A DNA stretch of 64,000 bases from the NCBI GenBank assembly GCA_964016885.1, contig OZ024740.1, positions 125,364,001 through 125,428,000 of the forward strand, in the 5' to 3' direction. Positions 1-12,235 of the stretch are shown piece by piece. The stretch's first letter is position 1. Each line of letters starts with the position of its first letter. Under the pieces are notes generated by a model. That model saw only the letters and a program-made list of their open reading frames with translations. It did no database searches and was not told where the DNA came from. This DNA comes from Eledone cirrhosa (taxonomy: Eukaryota). Both the position numbers and the translations under genes were made by a program.

Positions 1-294
1 TGAGGAAAGTTCTCAACATACGTTAAGGTGACTCGACAGGTTGGTAGGGATTCTGTAGTGGAAACACGAACAAACGAGGAGTGTAATCAAAGAAGAGAAA
101 TAGGACGAAGGTAAACAATTACAAAAGAATTTAATCCACGTATTTACAATTGTTTCATCAGAATTTCAGTCCATTATTGCTACACTATGTTATAATAGGC
201 AATCAAGAAAGATACTGTGGCATCCAAATTTTCAAAATACAAAGTTGGAATGACCTTAGGAAATGAAATAAGGGGTAGTAGTGTAAGATAGAGG

Positions 295-380
295 AACAGA
301 GAGAGAGAGAGGGGCAAAAGCGAGGGAGAGAGAGAGAGAGAAAAGGGATAGAGGAAGGGAGAGAAAGAGAGAAAGAGATA
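295..380. repeat. (AG)n-rich imperfect microsatellite
   Basis: Runs of gagaga with interruptions. Confidence 0.85.
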
Positions 381-613
381 GTGTGGTGTGAGAGGATTTG
401 TATAGGGAGGGGGAGGAGGGATGTGTGCTAAAAGTTGTGATGAGTAGAGGGAGAGAGAAGGAAGATAGAATTTTAAGAGGCATTTGGAAGTGGACAGGCG
501 AAAGTCTTACCAGAGAACAGATGAAGGAAGAAAGTATTAAATTTCATATATAGTCTATTTTTAGGGGTGTAGAATTGTTATTTAGGGTAGAAAGATAGGT
601 AGTGTTAGGATTT

Positions 614-615
<2 letters not shown>

Positions 616-698
<83 letters not shown>
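616..698. repeat. (TA)n microsatellite
   Basis: Uninterrupted TA dinucleotide run. Confidence 0.98.
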
Positions 699-700
<2 letters not shown>

Positions 701-796
701 ACTAACATAAGCGCACAGATGTACGCTAATGCCAGCAAATACACAGGTTATGTCATAGTACTTAGGTGGTTCAACGCAGGAGGATGCAGAACAATA

Positions 797-871
797 ATAT
801 AAAAGACGTAAAATAAGAAAATTTAAAAAAAAAAAATTTTTTTTTTTAAATTTTAACTTACTTACTTTACG

Positions 872-881
<10 letters not shown>
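797..881. repeat. Imperfect palindrome centred on an A12/T11 junction
   Basis: atataaaagacgtaaa (797-812) is the exact reverse complement of tttacgtcttttatat (866-881). Inner aaaattt-A12 mirrors T11-aaatttt. Confidence 0.9.

Positions 882-947
<66 letters not shown>
877..947. repeat. (TA)n microsatellite
   Basis: Uninterrupted TA run followed by short (GA)n. Confidence 0.98.
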
Positions 948-950
<3 letters not shown>

Positions 951-2420
951 GAGAGAGAGAGAGGGAGTTAGTTAAATAGACATTGAAAAAAAGGGTTTCT
1001 TTATCAAAGGGCTTTGCCATGGTATACACACTTATCTAATTTATACACTTCATGTATCCACTATATGTGCAAGTGTGTGTGTACTTGAGCTATTGAGTTA
1101 CACACCATTAGACTGCTGGTGGCCTAAACTGTCTCTATGATAGATGTGTGTGCTTTTTATGTGTTCATGAAGATATATATTATATTAAAAGTGTAAGTTT
1201 TCTTTATTTCTTTCTCAACTTATATGATATTTAATATTATTGTTTTCATTTAATTATGTATTTTTTCTTTATCCTGATTTGGCAGGTATGTTTGTTAAAT
1301 TAGACATTCAATTACTAAGCTTAAGATATTTCCATAAAATACTGATTTTATTTCAAAACAAAAGATATTTGTTGTCATCAGGAGAAAATTTACTTCTTCG
1401 ACTGTTTCTGCATACCTGACAGAAAACACTGTGTCAGCAAAAGAGGTCAACCAAGTTAACATCAGTAGATTTTTATCAATTCTAATTCCATTTTCAGAGA
1501 TTAACAATGAAGTTGGGAAGACAATTCTGATGTAATAACTTACCAGATTTCCCTTGCAGAAATAATACACACGAACTTTTTAACCTTATCAAATGGTATG
1601 GTTCAGAGATTAAAACACAGCATTATGTATCTGATGTCAATATAGAATAAATTGATTTATTTAAAGTCTTTAAGATTATAAAGTAGGTAAATATTGTCAT
1701 TGTTTTTAGTTCATAATGTTTTGCTATATACATATTTTCCTATTGTTGTTTTTATTGTTGTTCTTTGTTTTTTTATTCTACTATGGTTCAGTTTCATTGT
1801 CAGTTTTATAAATTTTGGATTAGTATTCCTAGTGATGTACAGTAAGAAGCAAAAGAATAGTTTAACTATAATGATATATTGTTAAGATATTTGGAATATC
1901 TGTGAAAAGCTGAACAAATTCATTTGACATTAAGAAAAGATTGCATGTAAATTAGGATGTTGCCAGTTTTTGCAATAAACTTGCATTTTTCTGGCATTAA
2001 TTCAGCTGGTTTCTTAACTAATCTCCTTATTTAGGGATATTTACTGGATCTATTTGTGTAAATCGCTTCTAACCTTCTGCCTGGAAGTTATGCCAGGAAT
2101 CTAAGAAAACTCAATCATAAAGCACATTTTCTTCTTCTTCCGTTCTTTTTCTTTCTCAAAATGAATTATAATTTCAAGCATTTCTTTCAATAATTTGTTG
2201 CTTAAATTTTAATGACCATCAAATTACATGTCGCAATTGTTAATTTTAATGAAATTTTCCAAATTTAAGCTTTTCCCATGAAATACTTTTAGATAAAGTT
2301 AGTGTCAGTCTTTCTCAAAAAAATCATTTGATTAAACCATCCAAATGACATGCTAATAAGGGTGCCTCTGTGCAGCAGTTTGCTCTGATAGAAGTAGTAG
2401 CAAGCTAACAATCTCTCACA

Positions 2421-2614
2421 TAATAAATGTTTCTACTTTTGGCGCAAGGCCAGCAATTATCTCAGTGCATTACTGGTACTTTATTTTATCGACCCCATAA
2501 GGATGAAAGGCTAAGACAACATCGGCGGGATTTAAACTCAGACCGTAAAGGGGCGTAACTCTATGCTGCAAAGCATGGTGTCCGACCCTCTACTGATACT
2601 GCCAAACCACCGCC
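2421..2614 (-). mobile_element. tRNA-derived SINE (family A)
   Basis: Reverse complement matches the copy at 46400-46587: A/B-box-like head, gcctttcatccttatggggtcgataaaataaagtaccag core, gtagaaac-ATT tail. Confidence 0.9.
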
Positions 2615-3191
2615 CTCTCACTTAATAATAAAAGAAAGACACTAAATAAATTAGGACTATAAATTAGTCATATACAATACATTTTGTCTGAAAAAATAAA
2701 AGATATTTAAAGTTAAAATGTTTGTTATCATAGGTTTGCTTCATCAGAGATGACAAGGAGCTAAACATCAATAGCAACAACAATAGCAACATCAACAAAT
2801 ATCAGTCATCTGATAACTTATTCTTTCTACTGGGGTCTTCTATTATGTAACCTATAGATTAGACTAGTACTAGTATGGTTTGTTTGGCATTATGGAGAAT
2901 GGCTACAACTAATTGCAAGTTCTGAACATTCCCAACATTTTTATGATCATGATTACAATTGCTTTTATGGCCACATTTCCATACTAGCATGGTTTGGGTG
3001 AAAGTTTTCTGAAGTAGTTCTTCAATAACCAAATGTCCTTCCTTATGCCAACCAATACTTTATTGTATGTATGATATATACAGGACATAAATAATCATCA
3101 CTACTTATTTTTTAAACAATGTTGATATGAAGATGCATTGACACACACTTACACATACATATGTATATATATATAAATGTAAATATATATA

Positions 3192-3460
3192 TCATCATCA
3201 TCATTACCATTTTACATCATTACGCTAGCATGAGTTAGACGGGTTGTCCAGTTGTGGGCAAACCAGGTCAGGTGACAATGTCTTGCTCATACAGAACTGA
3301 TTTGGGCTTGATTTCTCACAGCTGCATGCCCTTCCTAACACCAACCTCATTTACAGTGCGTACTGGGTGTTGTTTTAGTGTGGCACCTAGCACGAAAACT
3401 TTACAGTGTGGACTGGGTGATTTTTTTCATGACACCTACACCATCACTTTACAGTGGGAG
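3192..3460 (-). mobile_element. RTE LINE 3' end fragment
   Basis: (CAT)n tail, gctagcatgagttagacggg and atgcccttcctaacaccaacc match the 3' UTR of the RTE at 54243-56083. Confidence 0.85.
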
Positions 3461-3682
3461 AGGTGTGGGAGCATACTGTCTATATGCTTCAACTTTGGGA
3501 AGTCAGATTTTCTGTATTATATATATATAATGAGTGATAAGCTTCAAAAAGCCAGTACAATCCAGTAAAAATATATAAAGGACAAACGATGACAAATAAA
3601 ACAAAATGAAGTAATATTTTACCTAATATATTTCAACATGATATTTCAAAGTTACACCCATATATATATATATATATACATG

Positions 3683-3857
3683 TCCACACTGTAAATGTGG
3701 TTGGCGTTAGGAAGGGCATCCAGCCGTAGAAACCTGCCAGATAGTCCTATATGAGCGAGACACAGTCACCCGGCAAACCTTGCCTCAAGTGGGACAACTC
3801 CTGTCTAACTCATGCTAGCTTGGTAGATGGACGTTAAACGAAGATGATGATGATGAT
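3683..3857 (+). mobile_element. RTE LINE 3' end fragment
   Basis: tccacactgtaaatgtggttgg...ggacgttaaacg plus (GAT)n tail, near-identical to 35001-35170. Confidence 0.9.
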
Positions 3858-6289
3858 ATATATATATATATATACAATGTCAATTCCATTGACCAAAGTT
3901 ATTCAAATCACATTGGTAAACGTATGTTTGTAGTAAATGAACTTCACCAAAGTTTTGTGCAGTGGAATCAAACCTGAAACCATGTGGCTTTGAAGCTGAT
4001 TTCATAACCACTCAGCCATACTCATGTTTGTGTTTCTATAGAATTAAAAACACTTTTCCACTTATGTAGGTAAAATAAAAATGTAAATAAACTGCCACCT
4101 AGAACGATTTATAGCTACCTTTTCAAACTAAACATTAACACATGAAGTGTTTGTATGCTTTTCATTCATTTTAGGAAATCGAACTGCAGTCAATTCAGTA
4201 TTTCAATTGATTGGAAACAGAAATATAACAAAATCACTATAAACTTTTTGCCATTTGTCTTTTACTTTTTCCTTAACATTTTTTTCTTAATATTAGTATT
4301 TGGGTAGAGAAAGTTACTATTTCTTTGAAAGTTCAAGTATTTCTAGTGTGTAAGCAATTTTTGCAGCAGCATGCTAAGGGCAACCATTGAAACATATAAT
4401 AGAAACTCTGCCTAATTTCTTCCACATCATTATCTTTACTTTTATGTTGTACAACCAATCCTTCACACTAAACTGTATGTTAAATATTTTGAGACAATAT
4501 TTCTTTATTTATTAGTTATGTATATGACAGTTGGAAATTTATAGCTAAAGAATAATACCAATACTATTTTCTTAAATAACTCAGCTAGAGATAAAGATGT
4601 CTAAAACTAGCAGAAATGTGAAATTCTTTGATCTTAAACGCTTAATATTTGCTTGTAGTTACAGAACATGTTTGAAAGAATTAGTTAGGAGACTTCAAAG
4701 ATTTCAATTGACCCAAACATATATATTCATGTCTTCCACCTACAAACTAGACACTTTGTGTGATTCATTCCAGCAATATATCAATAACACAATTATCCTG
4801 GCAAATAAATATATGTCCCTCCAAATAGGACATTTTGTGAGTTTGAAACTAATTTGGGAAGGTGTTCTACAACTTATAATCAATGCACATCAGATGCAGT
4901 AGATAAATAAGCAGTATTAATGTCGCATTTACCAACTTGGTTTAGTCATAACAATCACCCAAATTGCAAACCTGTGTTACAGGTTTTTTTTTTTACAACA
5001 CATACATTCAATGTAGTTAGCAATTAATGAAGCTACATTGTCTAAATATTTAAATATTAGCAGTATGATGATTAACTTTTTCCAAGTATCAAGCAGAGAA
5101 ATAGGCAGATTTAATATGCTAGCGTGGAAAGTGGACGTTAAACGAGGATGATGATGATGATGATTATATATGCATACATACATGTATATATATATATATA
5201 ATATATATATATTTATATATATATATATATTTATATATATATGTGTGTGTGTGTGCTTGTGTATGCAAATAGAGATTGTATACTTATTCTCTTTTGTACA
5301 AAATCACTTGTGTGCTAAATAGACATGTACGGTTGGAATTATGTTTATCAGTTTGTTTATTTATGTGTCTGCATTCACATATTCAAATGTATGATTTAAT
5401 GACTAAATAAATTAGGATGTTTTGTAACATCATCATTACTACCAGTATTTCTCCTTGACAATTGCGTTAAATATATGAAAATACCATAAAGTACTTGATG
5501 CTTTTCCCTCAATCATATATTTTAGATGTTTTTAAATAATGCTGTGTGTATCTTGAATGATTTATATACTACCATGGTTTTAATTATTGTTTATTATTTG
5601 CTGCGGGGTGCTATTTATCTACGTTTGTCAGTTTTCAACCATGCCCTACTGCTTCTGACTGTAACTTGTTTTCATTTGTTTAATATACATTTTCAATATT
5701 TTTTAAAATCCTTAAACATTTTTATTTTGTTCCTTGCTTTTCTTTTGATTCTTAAATAAACATTGCATTTTTTTTCTTTTTAGTAACCTGTCAACATTTC
5801 TAACTAATAAATAATCTATAGAATATATTGGCTTTCAGTTTCAACTGATTGCAACAATGTTCAGTCTCAATTAAATGTAAAAAGAACAAAGAATAATAAA
5901 TAAAAATTGTATGGCTTTGACATGCATTCAAAAACATTTGTATTTAAAATATTGTATTACAAAGTTCACTTTCTAGAAGATGGAAAGATAGTATTATGAA
6001 ATTAATTCTGACAGTCAGAAATTTGTTCCTATAAAAATATAGAAATCTTTTGTGAAGAATTTTCAAGAGTTACGAAAGAATAAAACATCTTTATCAATTA
6101 TTATCAAACTGTTGAAAGCTTCTACTTTTGAACAAAACACTTCAGTCTTTGATAGAGTAAGTCGAACAGAACTATAGATTGATGTATAAATAGACAGTTG
6201 AGTTATATGGCTGATGGAAAGACAGATGGATAGATGGATGGATGGACAGTGACAGAGTTTGGTTGATATGTATATATATATATATATAT

Positions 6290-7125
6290 CATCATGATCA
6301 TCGTCATTTTTACGTCCACTTTCCCATGCTAGCATGAATTAGATAGGTCCTTTACAGCACATCATCTCTCCACTCATCATCTCCTTCATCATCTCTGTAA
6401 ATTTCAGTAATTCAATGTCAACTCTCACTATCTCCACCTAGGTCTTCCTTGGTCTGCCTGTACTGCAGCTTATTCTACTAGGATTTTTTTGCACATCTTC
6501 ACCCAGCAATTGTCATTCGTGCATATCACATGTCCATACCAACAGTCTTTTCTCTTGAAAACAACTTCTAATTCTTCTTGAACTTTGTTTTATTTATGTT
6601 CTTCCAGCTGCTAATGTTCTTTCACATTAACATTGCACATTCATACTTGATTCATTTCTCTCCAGCCTATGCATACCTTCTGCAATCGATGACCATGTTT
6701 TAATGATATGCAGCATTGCACATCATGAACAGGCATCATTCAGCCATGCTTTCTTTCTTAGAAAACAATTATTGTCAACAGAAGGAATAGCTTTCTATAC
6801 TTCTTCCATCCTATCGTTATTTTAGCTACTATATGCTTGGAGCACCCTCCTACACTGTTATTTAGACTTCCAAGGTAGCAAAAGCTATCAACCATTTCTA
6901 TGGATCTTCCATGTGATTGAAAAACGTTTATTTCACTGATGTCCTTACAATTTATTATCCCTATGCATCTATTACATATGAAGTCTTCTTTCCCCTTAGT
7001 GTACTTGCAATCACAATACACCTATATACATCTTGAGTACCCAAGATTTGCACATGTGTATATTTATTATAAGTGTAGATTAAAGGTTTCTGTTTTCACA
7101 CTAACCAAGATCATCTTAAACTGAG
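6290..7125 (-). mobile_element. Decayed RTE LINE, 3' part
   Basis: ORF 6758-7021 reads FICNRC...SIEMVDSFCYLG...GGCS...IGWKKYRKL, homologous to 33925-34779. (CAT)n tail and ttacgtccactttcccatgctagc near 6300-6335. Confidence 0.85.
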
Positions 7126-7453
7126 TAAAATCAATGTGTAGATGCAGAAGTAAATATTAAAATAAAGAAAAATTATGACCAAATATAGCCTTTAGAAAAC
7201 AAATAGATATAACGGTAGTGTATGAAGATGTTCTCTTGAGATGAGTGAAATGTTTGCAAACAAAATTATCTCATTAGGTGAAGTGGGAAGAACAATATTT
7301 TGCTTTGAAAAAATCCTATTCTGGCATTGAAAATATCACAAGTCTAATATTCCTTTTAGATTAGCCGAATTATTTCCAGCGACCATACATGGAAAATGAT
7401 ATTAATAGTAGTAAAATTATTAAACTAAAAACATTGAAGGCATTAATAATAGT

Positions 7454-7634
7454 TGTTTCTACTTTTAACACAAGGCCAGCAATTATTCCAGTACATCACT
7501 GGTACATTATTTTACCAAACCCATAAGGATGAATGGCAAAGTTAACCTCGGTGGGATTTGAACACAGAATGTAATGGACCATAATTCAGTGCTGTGAAGC
7601 ATGGTGTCTGACGATTCTGCCAATTTCCCACCTT
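7454..7634 (-). mobile_element. tRNA-derived SINE (family A) with 17-bp target-site duplication
   Basis: Family sequence flanked by the direct repeat aaggcattaataatagt at 7437-7453 and 7635-7651. Confidence 0.92.
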
Positions 7635-7884
7635 AAGGCATTAATAATAGTGAAAATAATAATAATAATAAAAATATCAATAGTAATATTTTTGAGTTTG
7701 GGCTTGTACATAAGTATGAGCTGACTGGGATGGATGAATGTGTTAGAGTATGAAAATTATACATGCACTTATACAAATATATGCACATATGTAAATGCAT
7801 GTATCTGTACATGTACTCGCATATATATGCATATGCACACATACCTATATATGTACATATATAATCAGTAGAAAACCTTCCAAA

Positions 7885-9439
7885 ATTCATAAGTAGGATT
7901 TACACAATATATCTAGGACAGTGAAAATATTTCCACTTGTGTATGCTACTTAATGAAGCTAGAGGCCACAAAGGCTTTGATGAACTTCTTAAAGTGAACG
8001 GTGCTGTTTATAACAGCTACCAAGAGGCTACATGTGGAGAATTCTGTTGGAAGACGATAGTCAATGGGATGCAATACTTGCAGAGGCATTTCTATCCCTA
8101 AATATATTCAAAATCTTTTGCAATTATATTGAAAATTTGTGACAGCCAATCCATCGGTGATTTGGCTGAAGTATAGGGGCAACATCATGTGTAATTGAGA
8201 AACTCTGACATAGATGTCCATTTTTCAGATGACTGTTATAATACAGCTTTGATCGAGATTGATGACAAACTGTGGAAAGAAATGAACCTGCTCTGCGTTT
8301 ATTATGCCCACTTAACACCGGTAGAATGAATTCTTATCGCCTAAGGAGTGAAATTTTGCAAGAAACTTCATACAAAGTAGAGGATCTCACTTCCTATGTT
8401 AACAAAAATGAGCCAGAACTACTAGATGATCAAAAGGCAGTACTATACTTGAGGCAATGCAAAACGATCTCGGAAGGAATCACTAACGTTTTATCGAAGG
8501 ACTTCCAACAAACTTCTCCTGTGATATCAAAAGGGACTCATGATGATCAAGTTCAAGCTTTCATAAAATCATCAACTTTATGGCCCCATAACTCAATTTA
8601 AAAACCAACATGCGGGCACAACTTTGCAGTGACAACAGTTTTGCAGAGTTTGCTTGAAAGCTTCTGAAATTTGGTGAAGGCAAAATATCCCTTGATACTG
8701 AAGGATTTTTGAGCCTTCATCATTTTCTACTGATATTGAAAGTATTGATAGCTAAATCTAACAAGTGTTCTCCAACTTCAAAATACACCATTCCATAGAG
8801 GAGTGGCTGTGTGAAAGAGAAATCCATACTACCCAAAATATCACAGTGAATTACATCAACAAATATCTCTCACAAATGTTCCCTGGAGGTAGCTAGACAT
8901 TTACATGTATCGACAAAGTTATCGATGAGTACAACACTGTTCATTATCCTGTTGAATTTCTTACCAGTCAGGAACCATGTTGTATGCCACCACACAACCT
9001 TGAATTGAAGAAGCATGCAGTCATCATGCTTTTCAAAAGCATGGATCATCCAAGATTGTGCAACTGAATGTGTATGGTTGCAACTGAACAACACCCTCAT
9101 ATTATCAAAGCAAAAATCTTCCCTGGATGTGGTAAGAGAGACATCATATTTATACCTAGAATACCACTAATACCAAAAGATGATCCCTTTCATTTTGAAC
9201 GATTGCAAGAGAGAACATTTGCAAGAGATAGATATCATCAAGTAAATTTCAAGATAAGCAATGATCATCAAGTAGTCCCAAAGTCAAACACTGCGGGCTG
9301 TTGGTCACTATTTAGAAGAGGGATATTTCTCACATGGTCAATTGTATGTAGGTTTTTCCACAGTTGGATGCCCCCACAAACTCTTCATATATGCTTTAAA
9401 GCAAAAATTAAAAACATTATATATACAAAAGTTCTGTAA
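7885..9439 (+). mobile_element. Decayed Helitron, Rep/PIF1-like helicase region (many stops and frameshifts)
   Basis: Across frames: SRIYTI...LLNEARG.KGFDELLKVNG, EDDSQWDAILAEA, DFQQTSPVISKG...IKSSTLWP, LKTNMRA, YPVEFL...MPPHNLELK, IFIPRIPLIP, FSHGQLYVGFS, KNIIYTKVL*. These are typical Helitron PIF1 helicase motifs in the right order. Confidence 0.9.
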
Positions 9440-9679
9440 ATGTTTTATAATTTTCATAGAATACATTTTTTTTATTATTTTCTTTATCACATCCTGTATT
9501 TATTCTAAATAGATATTCTAATAGATATTCTATATAGTTTTCTTTAGATTATGCTATCCAATATTTAAATACATTTTAACATCTATTATTTCAAGGAAAA
9601 TGGGTATTATGATAGATGCCAATCGGTGCCTTATGAATAGATTTGAGCATAGTACAGACCAAGGCCAGGTGGACTTCGC

Positions 9680-11250
9680 TGCATGGAGTGCAGTGCAACC
9701 TATATCAGACAGACTGGACGTCGACTGGCAGATCGGTTAACAGAGCAGCTCAGAGGTATTCGTCTCGGCTGGAGTTCCCAATCGCCCGCCACTTTGGTTC
9801 CCTTGGACACTCTGTCTATGACCTCACCATCTGTGGCCTCATCAAATGCCACGGGAGCCCCGCCACCACCTTAGGATTGAGCAACACACCATCTTCACCA
9901 TACAGACCCACACATCACCCGGCCTGAACTTCCCACCCCACTTCTTTTAGCCTTTGAACGTCCCCCTCCCCTACACATACACCCTACTAACACCACTAAA
10001 ATACTCCTAAATTTCACCGTCTCCTCCACTTCCAGCTAGCACCCCACCCCCTTGGCCCACCCACAACTAATAATAATAAGACCCCACCCTCCCCCTTATC
10101 ACCCACACCCTCAACATGCACACCCCCACTAGTACATATATACACTCATTCACACTATTCACACACACACTCATACCCAAACACGCACACACACACCAGT
10201 ACACTCACTCATACTGTCCCCAGAACTTTCTCTCTCTCGCACTACCAACACCCCCCACACACACATCCGACTAAGACCTCTACTAATATACACCCCCCCC
10301 CACACACACCGCCACCTTTCGCACATACCCATCCCTTCCCCTGTCCACTGCACCTCCGCAACACACATACACATATTCCACACCACATACAGATCATCTC
10401 TAACAACCGTCCGTCAGCCTTCCTCCCTACCACTGCCTTTTTTCACCTTCCTACTGCTATCTCCTTATTCCCTCCCACATCCTTCGCCCTGCCTATATCC
10501 TCTGACAGCTTCCCGTTGCGCGCGCGCACACCACACTCTCTACTTCCTCAAAACCATACCAAGGAATCTACACCAGCGGTTCACCTTGCTATACTCGGAA
10601 TTTTCAACAGCCATTCCTATACTCTGCGGGAAAACATCCAGGAACACACACAAACACTTACCCTATTTTCGCACACACGGAACCATACATCCACACCACA
10701 AAAAAACACACACACATGCGTATCCTCACATACACACACTCGGCCTCCGGAATCCACACACCCTCTCCCCCACCCCCTCTGACCCCTCTCTATCCACACG
10801 CACACACACACACTGTCTTACACTCCACCCCATGTACACACTGACTTCCCTATTAACCGAACATGGAACCTCGTTCTTCCCCAAATTCTCACACTCACAT
10901 CCACATATACACACACACGTACACCTACACACATACACACACACCACCTTCCACCCTCCCCGCTCGGACCCCTGTCTCCCTATCCCCCCATTCACCCGCC
11001 ACCACCCCATACGCCTCACACCATTTTAACTTTTGTACCCTCTTTTTAATTTTTTCCTCCCCATCACCCTTTTTAATGTCTTTCCACCACTGCCCCTCAC
11101 ATCCTCGGCACTCTTTTCCTACCCACTTTTCTCCGGATGAAGGGCTTATGCCCGAACCCCCCCCCACCCCACTCTCAAGCGTGAACCTAATACTAACATT
11201 TTGTACTGCACTCTTCGCTTTGTTTTTGTTTTTTCTTTTCTGTTTTAACT
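9680..11250 (+). mobile_element. Penelope-like element 3' portion: GIY-YIG endonuclease C-terminus plus long C/A-rich 3' region
   Basis: ECSATYIRQTGRRLADRLTEQLRGIR, then frameshift to FPIARHFGSLGHSVYDLTICGL...PGLN, the PLE YIGQT.R.L..R..EH pattern. Hammerhead-like motif at 11134. Ends at (TA)n. Confidence 0.85.
11134..11157 (+). ncRNA. Degenerate minimal hammerhead ribozyme motif of a PLE
   Basis: CGGATGA-a-gggc-ttat-gccc-GAAc: CUGANGA box with one change, 4-bp stem II, GAAA box damaged. Confidence 0.55.
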
Positions 11251-11293
11251 ATAATATATATATATATATATATAATAAACAATACAATATAAT

Positions 11294-11357
11294 TACCTCA
11301 TTACCAGAGGTTTCCTGAATAAGACGAATACAAGAAACGTCCTCATTCGTTCGTCAG
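11294..11357 (-). ncRNA. Hammerhead ribozyme-like motif of a PLE
   Basis: Minus strand: CTGACGA-ac-gaatgaggacg...cgtcttattc-ag-GAAA-cctc-tggtaat-gagg-TA. Both core boxes, stem III and the GUA triplet are intact. Stem I is poor. Confidence 0.65.
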
Positions 11358-12144
11358 ACAAGGCAATTTAAAACATAGTGAAATATTTGAAAAAGCTCTT
11401 CAAGAAAGGCAAAAGTTTAACGGGCAAAAAAAATATATAAATAAAAGTAATGCAAGAGATATATAAAAATAAAATAAGGAAATATAGTAAGGGTATGTGT
11501 ATAAATGTGTGTATATGCACCTACAAATGTACATATGTGTGTATGTACAAATGCATGTGTTTGGTGAAAAAATGTGTTCGTAAGTACATACATGAGGGCA
11601 AGCATATCAGTGTATCTGTGACCACAAATACATATATAATATATGTTGAAAAAAGAAATTGTAAGATAATAAAGTTAGCGTACATACAGACTCAGGGACT
11701 AAGGATTGAAATATATACACATACAAGTATGAAAGCACGCGTATAAACACACTAACACGCGCAACCACACACATGCATGTGATATATACAGGGAAGGGAG
11801 TGTATCAGTCAAAGCAGTGTCAGGCTGAAGGTCGATGCATATATAAAAATCTAAAATATGAAAATGAAAAATGAAAAAAATATATGAGAATAAAAAAATT
11901 AAATCAAAGAGAAAGTAAGAGGGAGGGGTTATCAATTATAAAGTAACACTAGAAAAAATAGAAAACATACAGATGTTCGTACACACACATATATATATAA
12001 AAATATATATATAAATACGTACAGACAAAAGCACATACATGCGTACATACATACACACGAAGCACATATATATACATACATAAATGTACATCTAATCACA
12101 CGCACGCACGCGACCATATATATATATGTACATATATATATATT

Positions 12145-12226
<82 letters not shown>

Positions 12227-12235
12227 TATATATAT
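12145..12235. repeat. Compound (CA)n(TA)n(CA)n microsatellite
   Basis: Seen directly. Confidence 0.95.

Noticed and set aside
544-802. ORFs with long YI repeats
   Set aside because: Translation of a (TA)n microsatellite
1286-1595. Exon-like segment with acceptor-like sites (ttggcag at 1285, ttttcag at 1497) and a donor-like atg|gtatgg
   Set aside because: All three plus frames contain stops and no protein is recognisable. It could be a UTR or non-coding exon, but sequence alone cannot support that.
3345-3460. Repeat-spacer pattern reminiscent of a CRISPR array
   Set aside because: Only 2-3 degenerate contiguous units, part of the RTE 3' UTR, eukaryotic context, no cas genes
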